Source: Oikopleura dioica (Eukaryota; Animalia; Chordata). From it: a DNA stretch of 64,000 nucleotides. Below, in pieces: positions 12,637-24,100 of the stretch (positions within the stretch are counted from its first letter, which is position 1; each line of letters begins with the position of its first letter). Position numbers and translations under genes: made by a program. The DNA is taken from positions 2,790,001 through 2,854,000 of the forward strand of contig OU015567.1 in the NCBI GenBank assembly GCA_907165135.1, read 5' to 3'. The notes below the pieces were generated by a model. It made no database searches, was not told the DNA's origin, and worked only from the letters and a program-made list of their open reading frames with translations.

Positions 12637-14533
12637 ATGGCTTGCAATGGAAACGAGTTTTTAATCCAGCAGTTAAAGAGCAAATGCCGCATTAGAAAGG
12701 TTTGATAGAAAGCCCCAAGTTCTGTCGATCCTACTTCTCTCTTTAGCCGCGGAAAAAGACCCTTCGTGAGATCGTCAAGTCTTACGAAAAGCCGGTTTCG
12801 GAGCGGCTCAGTCAGAAGAAAGGGAGACCTGAAGACGAGTATGAGAACTGGGACTGGGTTAAGAACAAAAATAACAATCCCTATTCTGTGAAAGATGAGA
12901 GCCCGGTTGGCGAGACGCTTCTTTGGGCAGAGCCGCACATGGAAGGAAGACACTTTGTGAACCCTTTTGCAGATGCGTTGCATGACATGATCAAGCAGGA
13001 CTTGCCCGAAAAATTGAGGAATCGTTTGGACAGGCGAAAAGACATTTTCAACGACATGTTCAACGACGATCAGTTCAAAAAACCCATGATACCAGCTTCT
13101 TCTTCGACCCCGTTGCTAAAAATAAAGAAAGATTCCGAAAAGAGTACGGCTGAAGAATCACGTCAAGAGCAAGGTATCTATTGAAACCGATAAAGATTAG
13201 ATACAGAATCGAGCGGCTTGCGGCTTTTGATTAATATGAACTTTAGCTTTTGATTTTCTCTTTAACTTTCTGATCTTTAGGATTTGATGCTCCCCAAGAA
13301 TCTGCTGCAATACCAGAATCTTCTTCGATAGAAGCAATCGCTGCCATTAAAGAGCTAGATACGAACCAAAAAAAGATTGAACCTGATCTTCGTGAGGAAA
13401 CGCCTCTATCACCAGAAATTCCTCTTGTTGAATGGGCAACTGACGGCATTAAATCCATTTTCCCCGAAAATCAGAAAATCCAAGATCCAGTTGATGCTGA
13501 TTTGATCGAGGAGACAGAAGAAATGAAAGATGCACGACCAGAAATCGACCGGCTTCCTGAAGCAGTAGAATTAAAAGATAAAACGAAAGACAAGAACCCC
13601 GATGAAGTAAAACAACAAGATGATGGTGGAGTTGACGAGCTCTTTCCAGTGAAAGATGACGAGAAAAATGAGGATCCGGGAAGCTCTGAATCTGTCGAGA
13701 GTGGATGCATGATGGTCAATGAGAGTGGGGAGCGAATTTTCAAACCGTCATTCGCAGAAGGTATGTCACATTTCGTTGCTAATTTTAACGAGGGTTTTTT
13801 TATAGATTCTGAAGAGTCCGACTCAGAGTCTACGATTGAATCAAGCAAGGAAGATGTCGCTGAAGTCACCGAAAAGCCGCTGATCAGTGTTGATTCGAAT
13901 AAAAACTTCGTAGAACCAGATTCGGGCTTTCAACTTGAAGGAACATCCGGCGATTTTCGAGGCCCAAATACTCCTTGGATTGATCTGACCATAGAACCTG
14001 AAGAATATACTTTCTCGTCGCCAAAAATCGTCAAGCAAGAAGACGACAATGAGGTTCAACGGTAAATAAATCATGTTTCTCAAATAACAACTATCGTCTT
14101 TTTCAGCCAAAGAGACATTTTGGTCGAAAAGTTATTGGTTCGAAATTTTATCGAGAATCCGAGCCCTCTAAGTCGCCGGAAAAATGCACCTGCCGGCTCT
14201 TTGCAGAGTCCGATTCAGAAGAGTCGTCGTCGACTTGTGCTCGATCCTCGTCCCCATCAAGTCAATCCAGAGCCATTGAAGATTCCACAAGCCGATGAAG
14301 ATCAGTTAACTCGCTGTCAAGAATACGCAAAAGATATGCCATCACCGTACCAAAACCCAACGCGAACATTCCCTGGCCAATCAACTCCGCTGGATCGAAT
14401 CGTCGCCACAAGAAGATATGAAAACTCGTTTGAGAACTTGCACGCCAGCAGCTCAAGATCGGAGCTGAAGAGAATGAAAGAATGGGCGGACAATCAGGAT
14501 CGACTAAAGAAGAAAATGAAACTCAACAAGTAG
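12637..14533 (+). CDS. Acidic, low-complexity protein of unknown function
   Basis: Exons 12637-12699, 12747-~13173, ~13281-14061 and ~14107-14533 join through canonical GT-AG introns; matches ORF-track pieces 12888, 13502 and 14120. Confidence 0.68.
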
Positions 14534-14873
14534 AAAAAACCAAAAGCCAAAGCCCATTTTCGATCTTTTTCTCAGGAAACCAACATTATATTGGAATATT
14601 TTACCGTTATTTTCAAGCTGCTTTTATCACAATAACTGCTCACACATTTATTCTCATGCCACTTTCACTTCGCATGTTCCAATTATTTGCCCAAATTAGT
14701 TCAAAATCTGCCGAATTCTACAGAAATAAAACCTCACATTTTAAATCATCGTCAAGTTTATTAGATTTTATTCAGTCACAGATAACTTCAATGAATATCT
14801 CTTAGTAAGAAATTCACCACGCACGTTAGTTTTGGTGTATCTTTTTGCATGAGTTAAGTTTTATTTTTAAAGA

Positions 14874-15900
14874 ATGAGATCAACGCAGAAAAGAGCACTC
14901 TCCTCGATCGTTAATAATTATTCCGCTTCAACAGGTTTCTACTTCGAAACGACCTTTCCATAGATATCCATCTTAAGCACTGTCATCTCAAGCAGAACTC
15001 AGCCAGCGAGAACTTGCCAACACAATTCTCTCTCCATCAACTCTCGATTCAACAACTCAATTCGCGACTCAAGCTTCTTCCCTCAACCCTACTGTATCTT
15101 GCCTCAGTGAGGGACATACTCTCAAGTTTGACAAATGTCCCTCTTCTCTCGCCTCGGAATTCTTGAACCAAAGCCCTGATAAAGTCCTAGTTATCACCTA
15201 CGAAACAAAGTAAGGAACATATTTTATGGGGTGGCGGGCGACTACGTTCGAAATCGGTTTTTGGGCCCATTTTTAGAATGGCGTTCGAAATTTCCAAAAT
15301 ATCTTTGCCAAAATATGGGCTGAAATCATTGAAATCGTGTAAGTAAAGGAAGTTGGCATCATTATGGCCCATGATTTATGGGAGAGTTTACTTACAAATC
15401 AGGCGCGGAGCGCATATAAGCTCTGAGCTCAAAAATGAGTCATTTTTATAAGCAATTTCAGAAATTTTTTAAACGGCGTTCGAAATTTCGAATGTAGCCG
15501 CCCTACACCCATTTTATGAAGCTGATCTGAATATTCTTTTTCAAAAGGAACGACATGGGAAAGTGGTCAAACGAAATGGAAGTCGAGCGAAAAATCATCG
15601 TCGAAAAACTCAAGACTGATCTGACTCAAGTCGCCTTGGAGGTCGTTGCTCAAGGATTCTGGGCAGATGCTATCGATCCAACCACTGGAAAAGCCATCTT
15701 TGGGTCAGAAATCGAGTCCGGTTTGATCATCGAATCTGACGCTCGTTTTGCCGATCTCGACGACTTTGAGTAAGTTCCAAAGGGAATAATCTTCCCTAAT
15801 TATCCTTTTTTCAAGAGTTGAAGATCTCGGCTGCTGCACAATTCTCAAGCATCTTACCTATGGAACCAATTCTATCTCTGGCTTCGTCTTCTATAAATAA
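14874..15900 (+). CDS. MMADHC: MMADHC (cblD) cobalamin-trafficking protein homologue
   Basis: KCPSSLASEF, ETKNDMGKWSNEMEVERKI, GFWADAIDPTTG and VEDLGCCTILKH parallel the conserved MMADHC motifs CP..L, TKNDM..WS.E.E.ER, GYWADFIDP.SG and DLGCC..I.H. Confidence 0.8.
15229..15510. mobile_element. 282-bp MITE in an MMADHC intron
   Basis: 26-bp imperfect TIRs (GGGTGGCGGGCGACTACGTTCGAAAT vs reverse complement GGGTGTAGGGCGGCTACATTCGAAAT, 22/26 identical); 8-bp direct repeat ATTTTATG at 15221-15228 and 15511-15518. Confidence 0.8.
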
Positions 15901-16049
15901 AAAGAGACAACTGCTACTTCTGTTCCTTTTCTTTCACAACTGTAAAATGACATACAGTATGATTTCTAACTTATTACCAAATCGTCGGTGCGAATAGCAT
16001 TTTATTTATCCAGCTCTTGTTCTTGCTTGAATTTTCAGAAAGGAGCAAA

Positions 16050-17825
16050 ATGACTTTTCGAGCGATGCGATTCGGAGCTTTTTCTCTCAGAAGAGCAAAT
16101 TTCGTCCGAGCCACACAGTTTAACATGCCTGCTACGAGTACAGTTGTGATCAGCAGACGCAGTTTCTTCGGGAAAAAGGATGAAGAAGAGAAGAAGGCCG
16201 AGAAGAAGGAACAAACTGAGGGTGAAACTGAGCAGGTTCGTTTCTCATAGAGAAACGCATATGCGTAGCTATAGCTATTTTTTATCGGAAATAACTAGAA
16301 CCAGCTTTCAACTTGCTTTGACCACTACAATTTAACGAACAAGAAGTCCTTAAAAAGCCCCTCGTTATTACCATTTAAGCTAAATATTACTCTGGAAGAA
16401 GCTATCGAGCAAATCAACTCCCTTGAATCCCAATTGTCCGAAGCCAAAGCGGCTCGCGAAAAAGAAGAAAAAGACTTCAAATACAGACTTTCCGAGATCG
16501 CCCAAGAAATGAAGAGCCAAAAGACCAGATTGGACAGGGAAGCTGAAAAAGCGAAAGTAAGTTGTCTTCTTAGATCGCAGCTGGATATGATAGATCCCGG
16601 AAGTTCGTTGATAGCGATCTCGATTTCAAATTGTGTATCTCGTGATTAGTTTTCTTTGAAATACATCTGCGTGAAAAGAGTGCTTCCGCTCATTAGCGCT
16701 TGAACATCTGCTTTCTTACTGTATAAAACTGAGGTCTAAAGAGAAAATAGCATCAAATCAAACTTGAAAGCTTCAATTTCAACTTTCAAACAACGAAAAA
16801 CTCCAAAAATGGGAGCTTGTGCGTCTAAAAAGTCCTTTGCCGCCAAAAACGAAGAATACTTCGACACGCAGTTAGAATCCCTTCAGTTGGAAATCAAAGC
16901 CGCCCGAGAAAAGCTCCAAGAGTCGCACAAGAAACGCGCTAAGATCGAGACCGAGCTTGTTTCCGTTCTCGAAACGAACCAGTACTTCAGGACGTCACTT
17001 GGCAAGATGCAGCACGAACAAGTAGACAACTTGAAGAACCTGTCGGGGAGTATTCGGCGAACTGCCATCGACGCGGGCTACTTTCACTTGCAGTACAAGA
17101 CGATGGTGCCAAAGCTGAATGAGCGGAAGAGAATTAATGAGCAACTGATGGACAAGTACAGATCGCTCGAGCGACAGCAGCGCATGTATCAGCTTCACGT
17201 CGAATCTAACTGAAAACATCTTTGTTTTCCCCATGATTTATACTGTTCTATCTTTTTCATGAATAAAGACATCATTTTTCAAAATTGATATCCTAAATTT
17301 TCAATATTATTTAATCATCATTATATGAATATTTTGTGGTGGATCAGTATATAATCGTCGCAAATTCATAACGCGCATCAATTTTCCACTCAGTGCTCTC
17401 AACAAACAATTATATATTTAGGTCTATGGAATCAAAAGCTTCGCCAAAGACCTCTTACCAGTCGCAGATCAGCTCCAACTCGCCCTAGAGAATGTACCAG
17501 CTGCTGAGCTCGAAGAAAATAAAGCTCTGAACGATCTTAAGGAGGGTATTGAAATGACTCAACAGCAAATAAGCAAGGCTTTTGAGAAGAATCAAATTAT
17601 CTTAGGTACTTGTTGAGCTGGTTGTTAATTTTTTTATGGCGGTTTTTAGTCAACCCGGAAATTGGCGCTGAATTCGACGCTAATCTCCACGAAGCCGTCA
17701 TGCGGGTTCCTCGAGCGCAAATGCCGGACAACGAGCCAAACACAATCGCTTTCGTCCAAAAGACCGGCTACAATATTAAAGATCAAGTGCTCAGACCATG
17801 CTGGGTTGGCGTCGTTTCAGAATAA
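16050..17825 (+). CDS. GRPEL1: Mitochondrial GrpE nucleotide-exchange factor
   Basis: Arg/Phe-rich presequence-like N-terminus; coiled coil KYRLSEIAQEMKSQKTRLDREAEKAK; VYGIKSFAKDLLPVADQL; GAEFDANLHEAV; QKTGYNIKDQVLRPCWVGV. Intron 2 spans about 16556-17421. Confidence 0.92.
16809..17213 (+). CDS. Intronless 134-aa coiled-coil protein nested in GrpE intron 2 on the same strand
   Basis: AAAAATGG start, N-terminus MGACASKK, heptad-rich body; TATAAAA at 16722-16728 and AATAAA at 17262-17267. Confidence 0.72.
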   Translation: MGACASKKSFAAKNEEYFDTQLESLQLEIKAAREKLQESHKKRAKIETELVSVLETNQYFRTSLGKMQHEQVDNLKNLSGSIRRTAIDAGYFHLQYKTMVPKLNERKRINEQLMDKYRSLERQQRMYQLHVESN

Positions 17826-17971
17826 CACTTCAATCTTCTTTCGTTATTAATAGTTGATTACTGTTTGTGTCTGATCGAGTTCAAAACTGATTCTGCCCTT
17901 TTTGCTTCCTAATATGGACATTTAGTAATTGAGATTCTTCAATTATCGTGGACTTTATTTTTAGAAGGAAT

Positions 17972-19181
17972 ATGATAGATATTTCCTGCTGGATGTATGT
18001 AGGAGGAGTCACCAACGACATATCTACTACAGAACTAGGAATGGTTTCATCAAAAATGCAAGGTTATTCAATGATTTCAGTAATACTAATAATTAGTTCT
18101 TCAGAGAAAGTCTCTCTGAAACTTATATGAAGCGTGTTTTGCGGTTTTTTGAAAAAACTCCCGATGTTTTCTTAGTTTGAGCCTTCCGTTCGCTTATTAT
18201 CATCAAGGTGAATATTTACTGCCCATATTTTCGGTTTCTTCTAAATAAGATCTTTTACTTTGACTGCTGGATTTATCAGAACTTAGCAAAAAAGATCTTT
18301 ACCTGTAACCAAAGAACAGGAGATTACTTCGAGCAGATTGGACATGTTACTGACGTCCTAATTGATTATGGAATGGGTAGGAACCTAAGCTGTCTTCTTT
18401 TGCTTACCTAAATCAAGGAATAATCAAATTCGACTGCGGAAAATCGCGCGACGATGCGATTCAGTATCTGAATCGAACCTCTCTCAAAGGATCAATTCTC
18501 AACCTTGAAGAATGCCTCTCCGTGAATGTCATCAAAGCGATGGAATATCTTTCTGAACCGAAGACCTCTCCGAAACAAGAAAGAAGCAATAGAAAAACGA
18601 ACACCTCAAGACCACAAAAACGCAAAGCTTCACCCCCGACAACGAAGTATTTCTTTCTGTCTTACTATTCGCTCTGGAAAAATCTGGCACGATATTTTTT
18701 GCATGGAAATGTTTCGGTGAAATGAGCCTGAAATGAGCGCTTGAATGGTTAAAGCCCTGCATGAATTCCGTTCACGAATCTTACTGTTTAATTCCAGTAA
18801 AGAAAATCAAGACAAGAAAGCCGAAAAACCTATGAAAAAAGGGAAAGAAGAGACTCCCTTCTTTTTGAACATAGAAAATCTTCCTGACGACGCTACGTGA
18901 GTTCTAGCGAGTTGTTTTCTTTTCGTTAAAATTGGGTTTTAGTGATTCAGAAACGCTGAACTTCTTCGTCTTCGCTGGCGATGTGGTGCACTTTGAAATT
19001 GTGATGCGACGCGGGCGAAGAACTGCGCTACTTTTCTTCAAGACTGAGCAGGAGCGACAATCCGCCGCTCATCATTTGGACAAATCTTTCTTCAAAGGAA
19101 AGGGTTGGAAAAAATAAGGAAACAATAAAGCAAATGCGCTTTCAACCTTCTTCAGGCTACCGACTCCGTGTTAGGGAATAA
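17972..19181 (+). CDS. Two-RRM RNA-binding protein (loosely SR-protein-like)
   Basis: RRM1: MYVGGVTNDISTTEL-GDYFEQIGHVTDVLI...GIIKFD...DAIQYLNRTSLKGSILNLE. RRM2: LNIENLPDDAT..FFVFAGDVVHFEI..ALLFFKTEQERQSAAHHLDKSFFKGKGYRLRVRE*. Confidence 0.7.
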
Positions 19182-19375
19182 AAACCTGGTGCAAAGCTTC
19201 TTTTCTCTCCAAAAATAATCATCAGCAGCTGTCAAAATTGTGATGCATTTAATCCTCTTACTGCCTCTTCTTTTATCCCTTCCTGCTCAACAATAAAAAT
19301 TATTTCTTCACTAAAAGTTGTACATTGAAAAAGAATTCTTTCTGAGTAATTCTTTATTTTCATTTCTTTTAACTT

Positions 19376-20394
19376 TTACATATTCGCAAGCAAATGAGCC
19401 TCAAAGCACTCTATCATTTTGCATTCTCCGTTTTCTTTCTTGGGCAGGTTTTTCATCTGCAAGGGACGCGATGTTTTTTTCAAGCACTATTTTTCTGATT
19501 TATTTTCTTGAGTAATACCGTGTCTAGCAAGTTTAGCCGTTCTTTTGACAAGTTTTTATTAGAAAAAGATGCAGTAGCAGTTGTTTTTTTGAAACATGTT
19601 TACATATTTGCAAGCAGTTGTGCTTCGAAGCATTCTATCGATTTACAGTCGTTGTTGTCTCCTTCAAGATTATTCTTCGAAATTCCATCAGCGAGAGAGA
19701 CGATTGCTCTATTGAGCCACGACGGACCTCGTTTTCTTTCGGCAGTGATCTTTAAAAAAGATATTCTTAGATTTCTATTATGAAAGATTTAATCAAACCG
19801 TGAAGGCATTTCCTGTAACAAAGAAAAAAATTAGCTCTAGTTTCATTTTTAGGGCGCGTGTCAATGTTTCTTGTCAATCGAAGGGTAGTGCTAATTGACT
19901 TGAGGGAAAGGGTGAGCATCTTTATACCATACGTTCTGATAAATTTTTAAAAACCTCGGGACTTAATCGCTTTCTTGCCGGTCATTTGCTATTAAACAGT
20001 TCGAGGAATGAATTGATGTTATAACTGAGTACATGTGCGGTTTAATTTTGATCCTTGAAGACATTATCCTTTTTCTTAAGAAATACAGTATAAATTATTA
20101 TTATACAGTATTATTTATACAGTATTAGAATTTTAAAGTCAGAACAAATAACTTACATCAGACATAAAAATACATGCATGTTAAAGTTTGAGCACGTCAA
20201 CAATTATTAATTAATGTATGCATACTTTATTGATAGATCTTTTAGCGAAGCAAACCAGAATATTCTGACTTCGCGATCAGATAACGTTTCTAAATTCGGT
20301 TAAAAATTTACCTGCGTTAACGTCTCCCAGTCATTGCGGTTAGCAGAGCCGGGCGTTTCAGAATTTGTAGAAGTGTTCTTAATTGGATTTTTCT
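19376..20394 (-). CDS. Putative gene with two paralogous terminal exons, unknown product
   Basis: Exon-like segments 20394-20312, 19749-19600 and 19456-19376. The last two end in near-identical peptides that differ mostly at synonymous sites. The 5' part is unresolved. Confidence 0.4.
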
Positions 20395-21122
20395 ACAAAC
20401 TTGCTCAAAGACAAAAAACAGTCGTCAATGTTTAAATCCTGGGCTAAAGCAATTAACGTCGAGCTTTTATTGAAAAGCTTTCCGTGAACATACAGGTCGT
20501 ATTGAGTGCCTTCAATGAAGAAACATGTGCTAATGATCAGAAAAGTTATGACGGCGATAATTATCTTTTCAAGTTCTTCTTTAGTAATTCTGAAAATAAC
20601 AAGTTTTTCGGCTTAGATAGAACTTTTCCGGAGCAAATCTCCAACAGCTCAGCTCATTTTCCATGAATCTTTTTTTTTGTCAATTTTTTTCTCTGTTTTA
20701 TTTTTCTACGTGGCAGATAATTGTCAGAATTATATCGCAGAGTCTAACGATTTCATCATGATATTGAATAATTTATTTTATTTTTTTCGTCTGCTGCGCA
20801 TTAAATATATGCCAAGTTATACGGGTTTTTATCGAAGGAAACATTTTATGCGACAAGTTTCATTTTTTATTTTAATTATTTATTAACCGAAGCAACTTTA
20901 TTTTTAACCGATTAAACACAGTATCTCCAGACCCGGCAAAAGTCATCTCACAGATCTTTCAAAAGCTAGTTTATTGTTTCCTACAGGATGGAAGGAAAAT
21001 CAAAATGCAGTTGCTCATTTTCGGAACTGACAGGGAAACTGTAAGCGGCACGCTAGGATAAATACTGAGGGGATGGGGATGAACTCTTCAGTCACACAGA
21101 GTTTTGATAAATTTTTGTCAAG

Positions 21123-24100
21123 ATGGCGATGTGGGATCCAGGTTTGTAATTGTTTGATTATATTTTTGAGTTTTGAATATTTACCCTTCATCTTGAAATG
21201 CCGAATGGATTTAAATCGTTCTTAGGAACAAGCCTAGATACCGTTTTTATTCCCAAGGAGCTGTTGCTCAAGCAAAATTTAGAAGCCGCTGGAAATGCAG
21301 CAATCTTCCTTCGTCTGGACGAGATGACCCTCCTGGACATCCGTAATGCTCCGTATTCGGCCAAAACTGCCTGTTGGGTTCCTGACAAGGAAATCGGCTA
21401 CATAAAGGGCGAGAAACTCGGCGAAAAGGATGGCAAGATCGAGGTCAAGCGCGCTGACGACAAGGTCAAACTCTACAAGCCTGAGCAAGTTGAGCAGCAA
21501 AATCCTCCCAAATACGAACTCCTTGAAGACATGGCTAACATGACGAATCTGTCCGAAGCTACTGTCATCCATAATCTTCATAGCCGATACGAACGATTTC
21601 TGATCTACACTTATTCAGGTAACCTGGAACAAATTCTCATCGTTCAGAATGCAGGAACCGTAACAAAAAGATTCAAATAGATTTAATATTTAGGTCTCTT
21701 CTGTGTTACCGTCAATCCGTACAAGTGGCTCCCCGTCTATGATTCACATGTTGTAGGATGCTACGCGAACAAGCGGAAGACTGAAATGCCGCCGCATATT
21801 TTCTCGGTTTCCGACAATGGTAAGGCTGTCTGGTAGACACAGCATTTTTTAATCAGCGTTCCTTTTTTCCGGAAATCTTGAAGCGATTGTTTTTTTCAGC
21901 GTACAACGATATGCTTCGAAACCGCGAAAACCAGTCCATGCTGATCACTGGTGAGTCCAGAGTTTGAAATTTTCGTGACTCGCGAGCGGCTCACTTGAGA
22001 GCGAGCGAGCACGAGCATGATGCTCTTTGCGCTCCCGAGCATATTGATTTCTGCGCTCGCGCTCTTTGCGCTCGCGAGCGCATTTCATTTTGCGCTCTCG
22101 CTCTCTTGGCTCCCGAGCACTGGTCGAATTGTGCTCTCGCTCGATCGGCTCTCGAGCTAAAAAAATTGACTCGCGAGCAGCCTTCCAGAGCCTAAAATGA
22201 TTCGAAGGCCCCGTGACTAATTCCAAATGAGTCCCTCTCCCAGGAGTTAGCACCTCGCGGTGGGCATGTTTTATCTGTTTAATCTCGGCTTTACGCGTTC
22301 TACTGCCGAGATAACGTACCTAATGAAGCTTTCACAAAACGGAAAACACGAGAAATTGACCCAAGAAGAAATATATTTATGAAAGTGAATAATTATGCGA
22401 AAAATTTTTCTTTTAATTTTGCTCGCGAGCCGCTCGTGAGTCAATTTCATGGCGAGCACGAGAGCAGCCGCTCCCGCTCGTCTAGCTCCCGAGCATTGCC
22501 AACATATGCGCTCGTGCTCTCTGCGCTCGCGAGCGGTTTCAAGTCTGGGCTCGCGCTCTTTTGGCTCTCGAGCCAACTTCATTTCATGCTCCCGCTCCCC
22601 TGCTCTGAGAGCAACGATAAATTTTCGCTCTCGCTCTTTTCGCTCGCGAGCATTTGCGAGCATTTCAAACTCTGGGTGAGTCTGGTGCAGGAAAAACCGT
22701 CAACACCAAGCGAGTCATCCAGTACTTTGCAACTGTTGCTGCCATTGGCAAAGATGATGCAGCAGGAGGTGCTGATTGCAAACTGAAAGGAGGTGGAACC
22801 CTCGAGGATCAAATTGTCGCGGCTAATCCGGCCATGGAAGCTTTTGGTAACGCCAAAACAATCAGAAATGACAACTCCTCTCGATTTGGTAAATTCATTC
22901 GAATTCACTTTGGCGGCAGTGGCAAGTTGTCATCTGGAGATATTGATACTTATTTGCTCGAAAAATCGCGAGTCATTTTCCAGCTCCCAACTGAGCGATG
23001 CTTCCATATCTTCTACCAAATGTGCACTGGTCACAAGCCAGAAATCAACGAGATGTGCATGATTTCTACCGATCCTTACGACTACAGATATTGCTCCATC
23101 GGCGAAATCACGGTCAAGTCGATCAACGATTCCGACGAACTTGACGCTACTGATGAGTCATTCGATATTCTGGGGTTTACTGCTGAGGAGAAAAACGCTA
23201 TCTATAAGTTAGTTGCTGGTTTGATGCACAGTGGCAATGCCAAATTCAAGCAGAAGCCACGAGAAGAACAGGCTGAAATCGATGGAACAGATTGCACCGA
23301 AAAGCTCGGCTTCCTTTTCGGTGTCTCTGGCGCCGAGTGGGTCAAGGGCATGTGCCACCCTAAAGTAAAGGTCGGATCCGAATATGTCACCAAGGGACAG
23401 ACTGTCGAGCAAGTGTACTACGGTCTTGGTGCGATTACAAAAGCCTGCTACGAGCGTATTTTCAAGTGGCTTGTTGACATTATCAACCGGGCGCTAGGTA
23501 CTGATCTTCCACGAGATTTCTTCATTGGTATCCTCGATATCGCCGGTTTCGAAATTTTCGACTTCAACACCTTCGAGCAGCTCTGCATCAATTATACCAA
23601 CGAAAAGCTGCAGCAGTTTTTCAACCACCATATGTTCATCCTTGAACAGGAAGAATACAAACGAGAAGGAATTGAATGGACTTTTGTTGATTTCGGAATG
23701 GATCTTCAAGACACCCTCGATCTCATCGAAAAGCCACTCGGAATCATGTCGCTATTGGAGGAGGAATGCATGATGCCAAAAGCCAGTGATATGACTTACA
23801 AAGACAAGTTGATGGCGACTCATCTTGGGAAGAAAAAATGCTTTGGGAAACCAACTCCTAGCTCCAAAACGAAGTTTGAGTCTCACTTTGAAATTCATCA
23901 CTACGCCGGTACTGTCGCTTATAATGTTATTGATTGGCTCTTGAAGAACAAGGATCCTTTGAATAACAGTGTCGTCGGTCTGTACAAGAAATCGACGGTC
24001 AAGGTCATGAACGAGATCTGGTCGACCTATGTCTCTCCTGAAGACGCTGCCTCTGGCGGCGGTGGAGGAGGAAAAAAGGGAAAGCGACAAAAAGGTGGCT

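Noticed and set aside
21945-22908. Arg/Glu/Ala-rich ORFs on both strands (e.g. 21945-22253, 22271-22663)
   Set aside because: They arise from the GC-rich subterminal repeats of the MITE; no transposase motifs.
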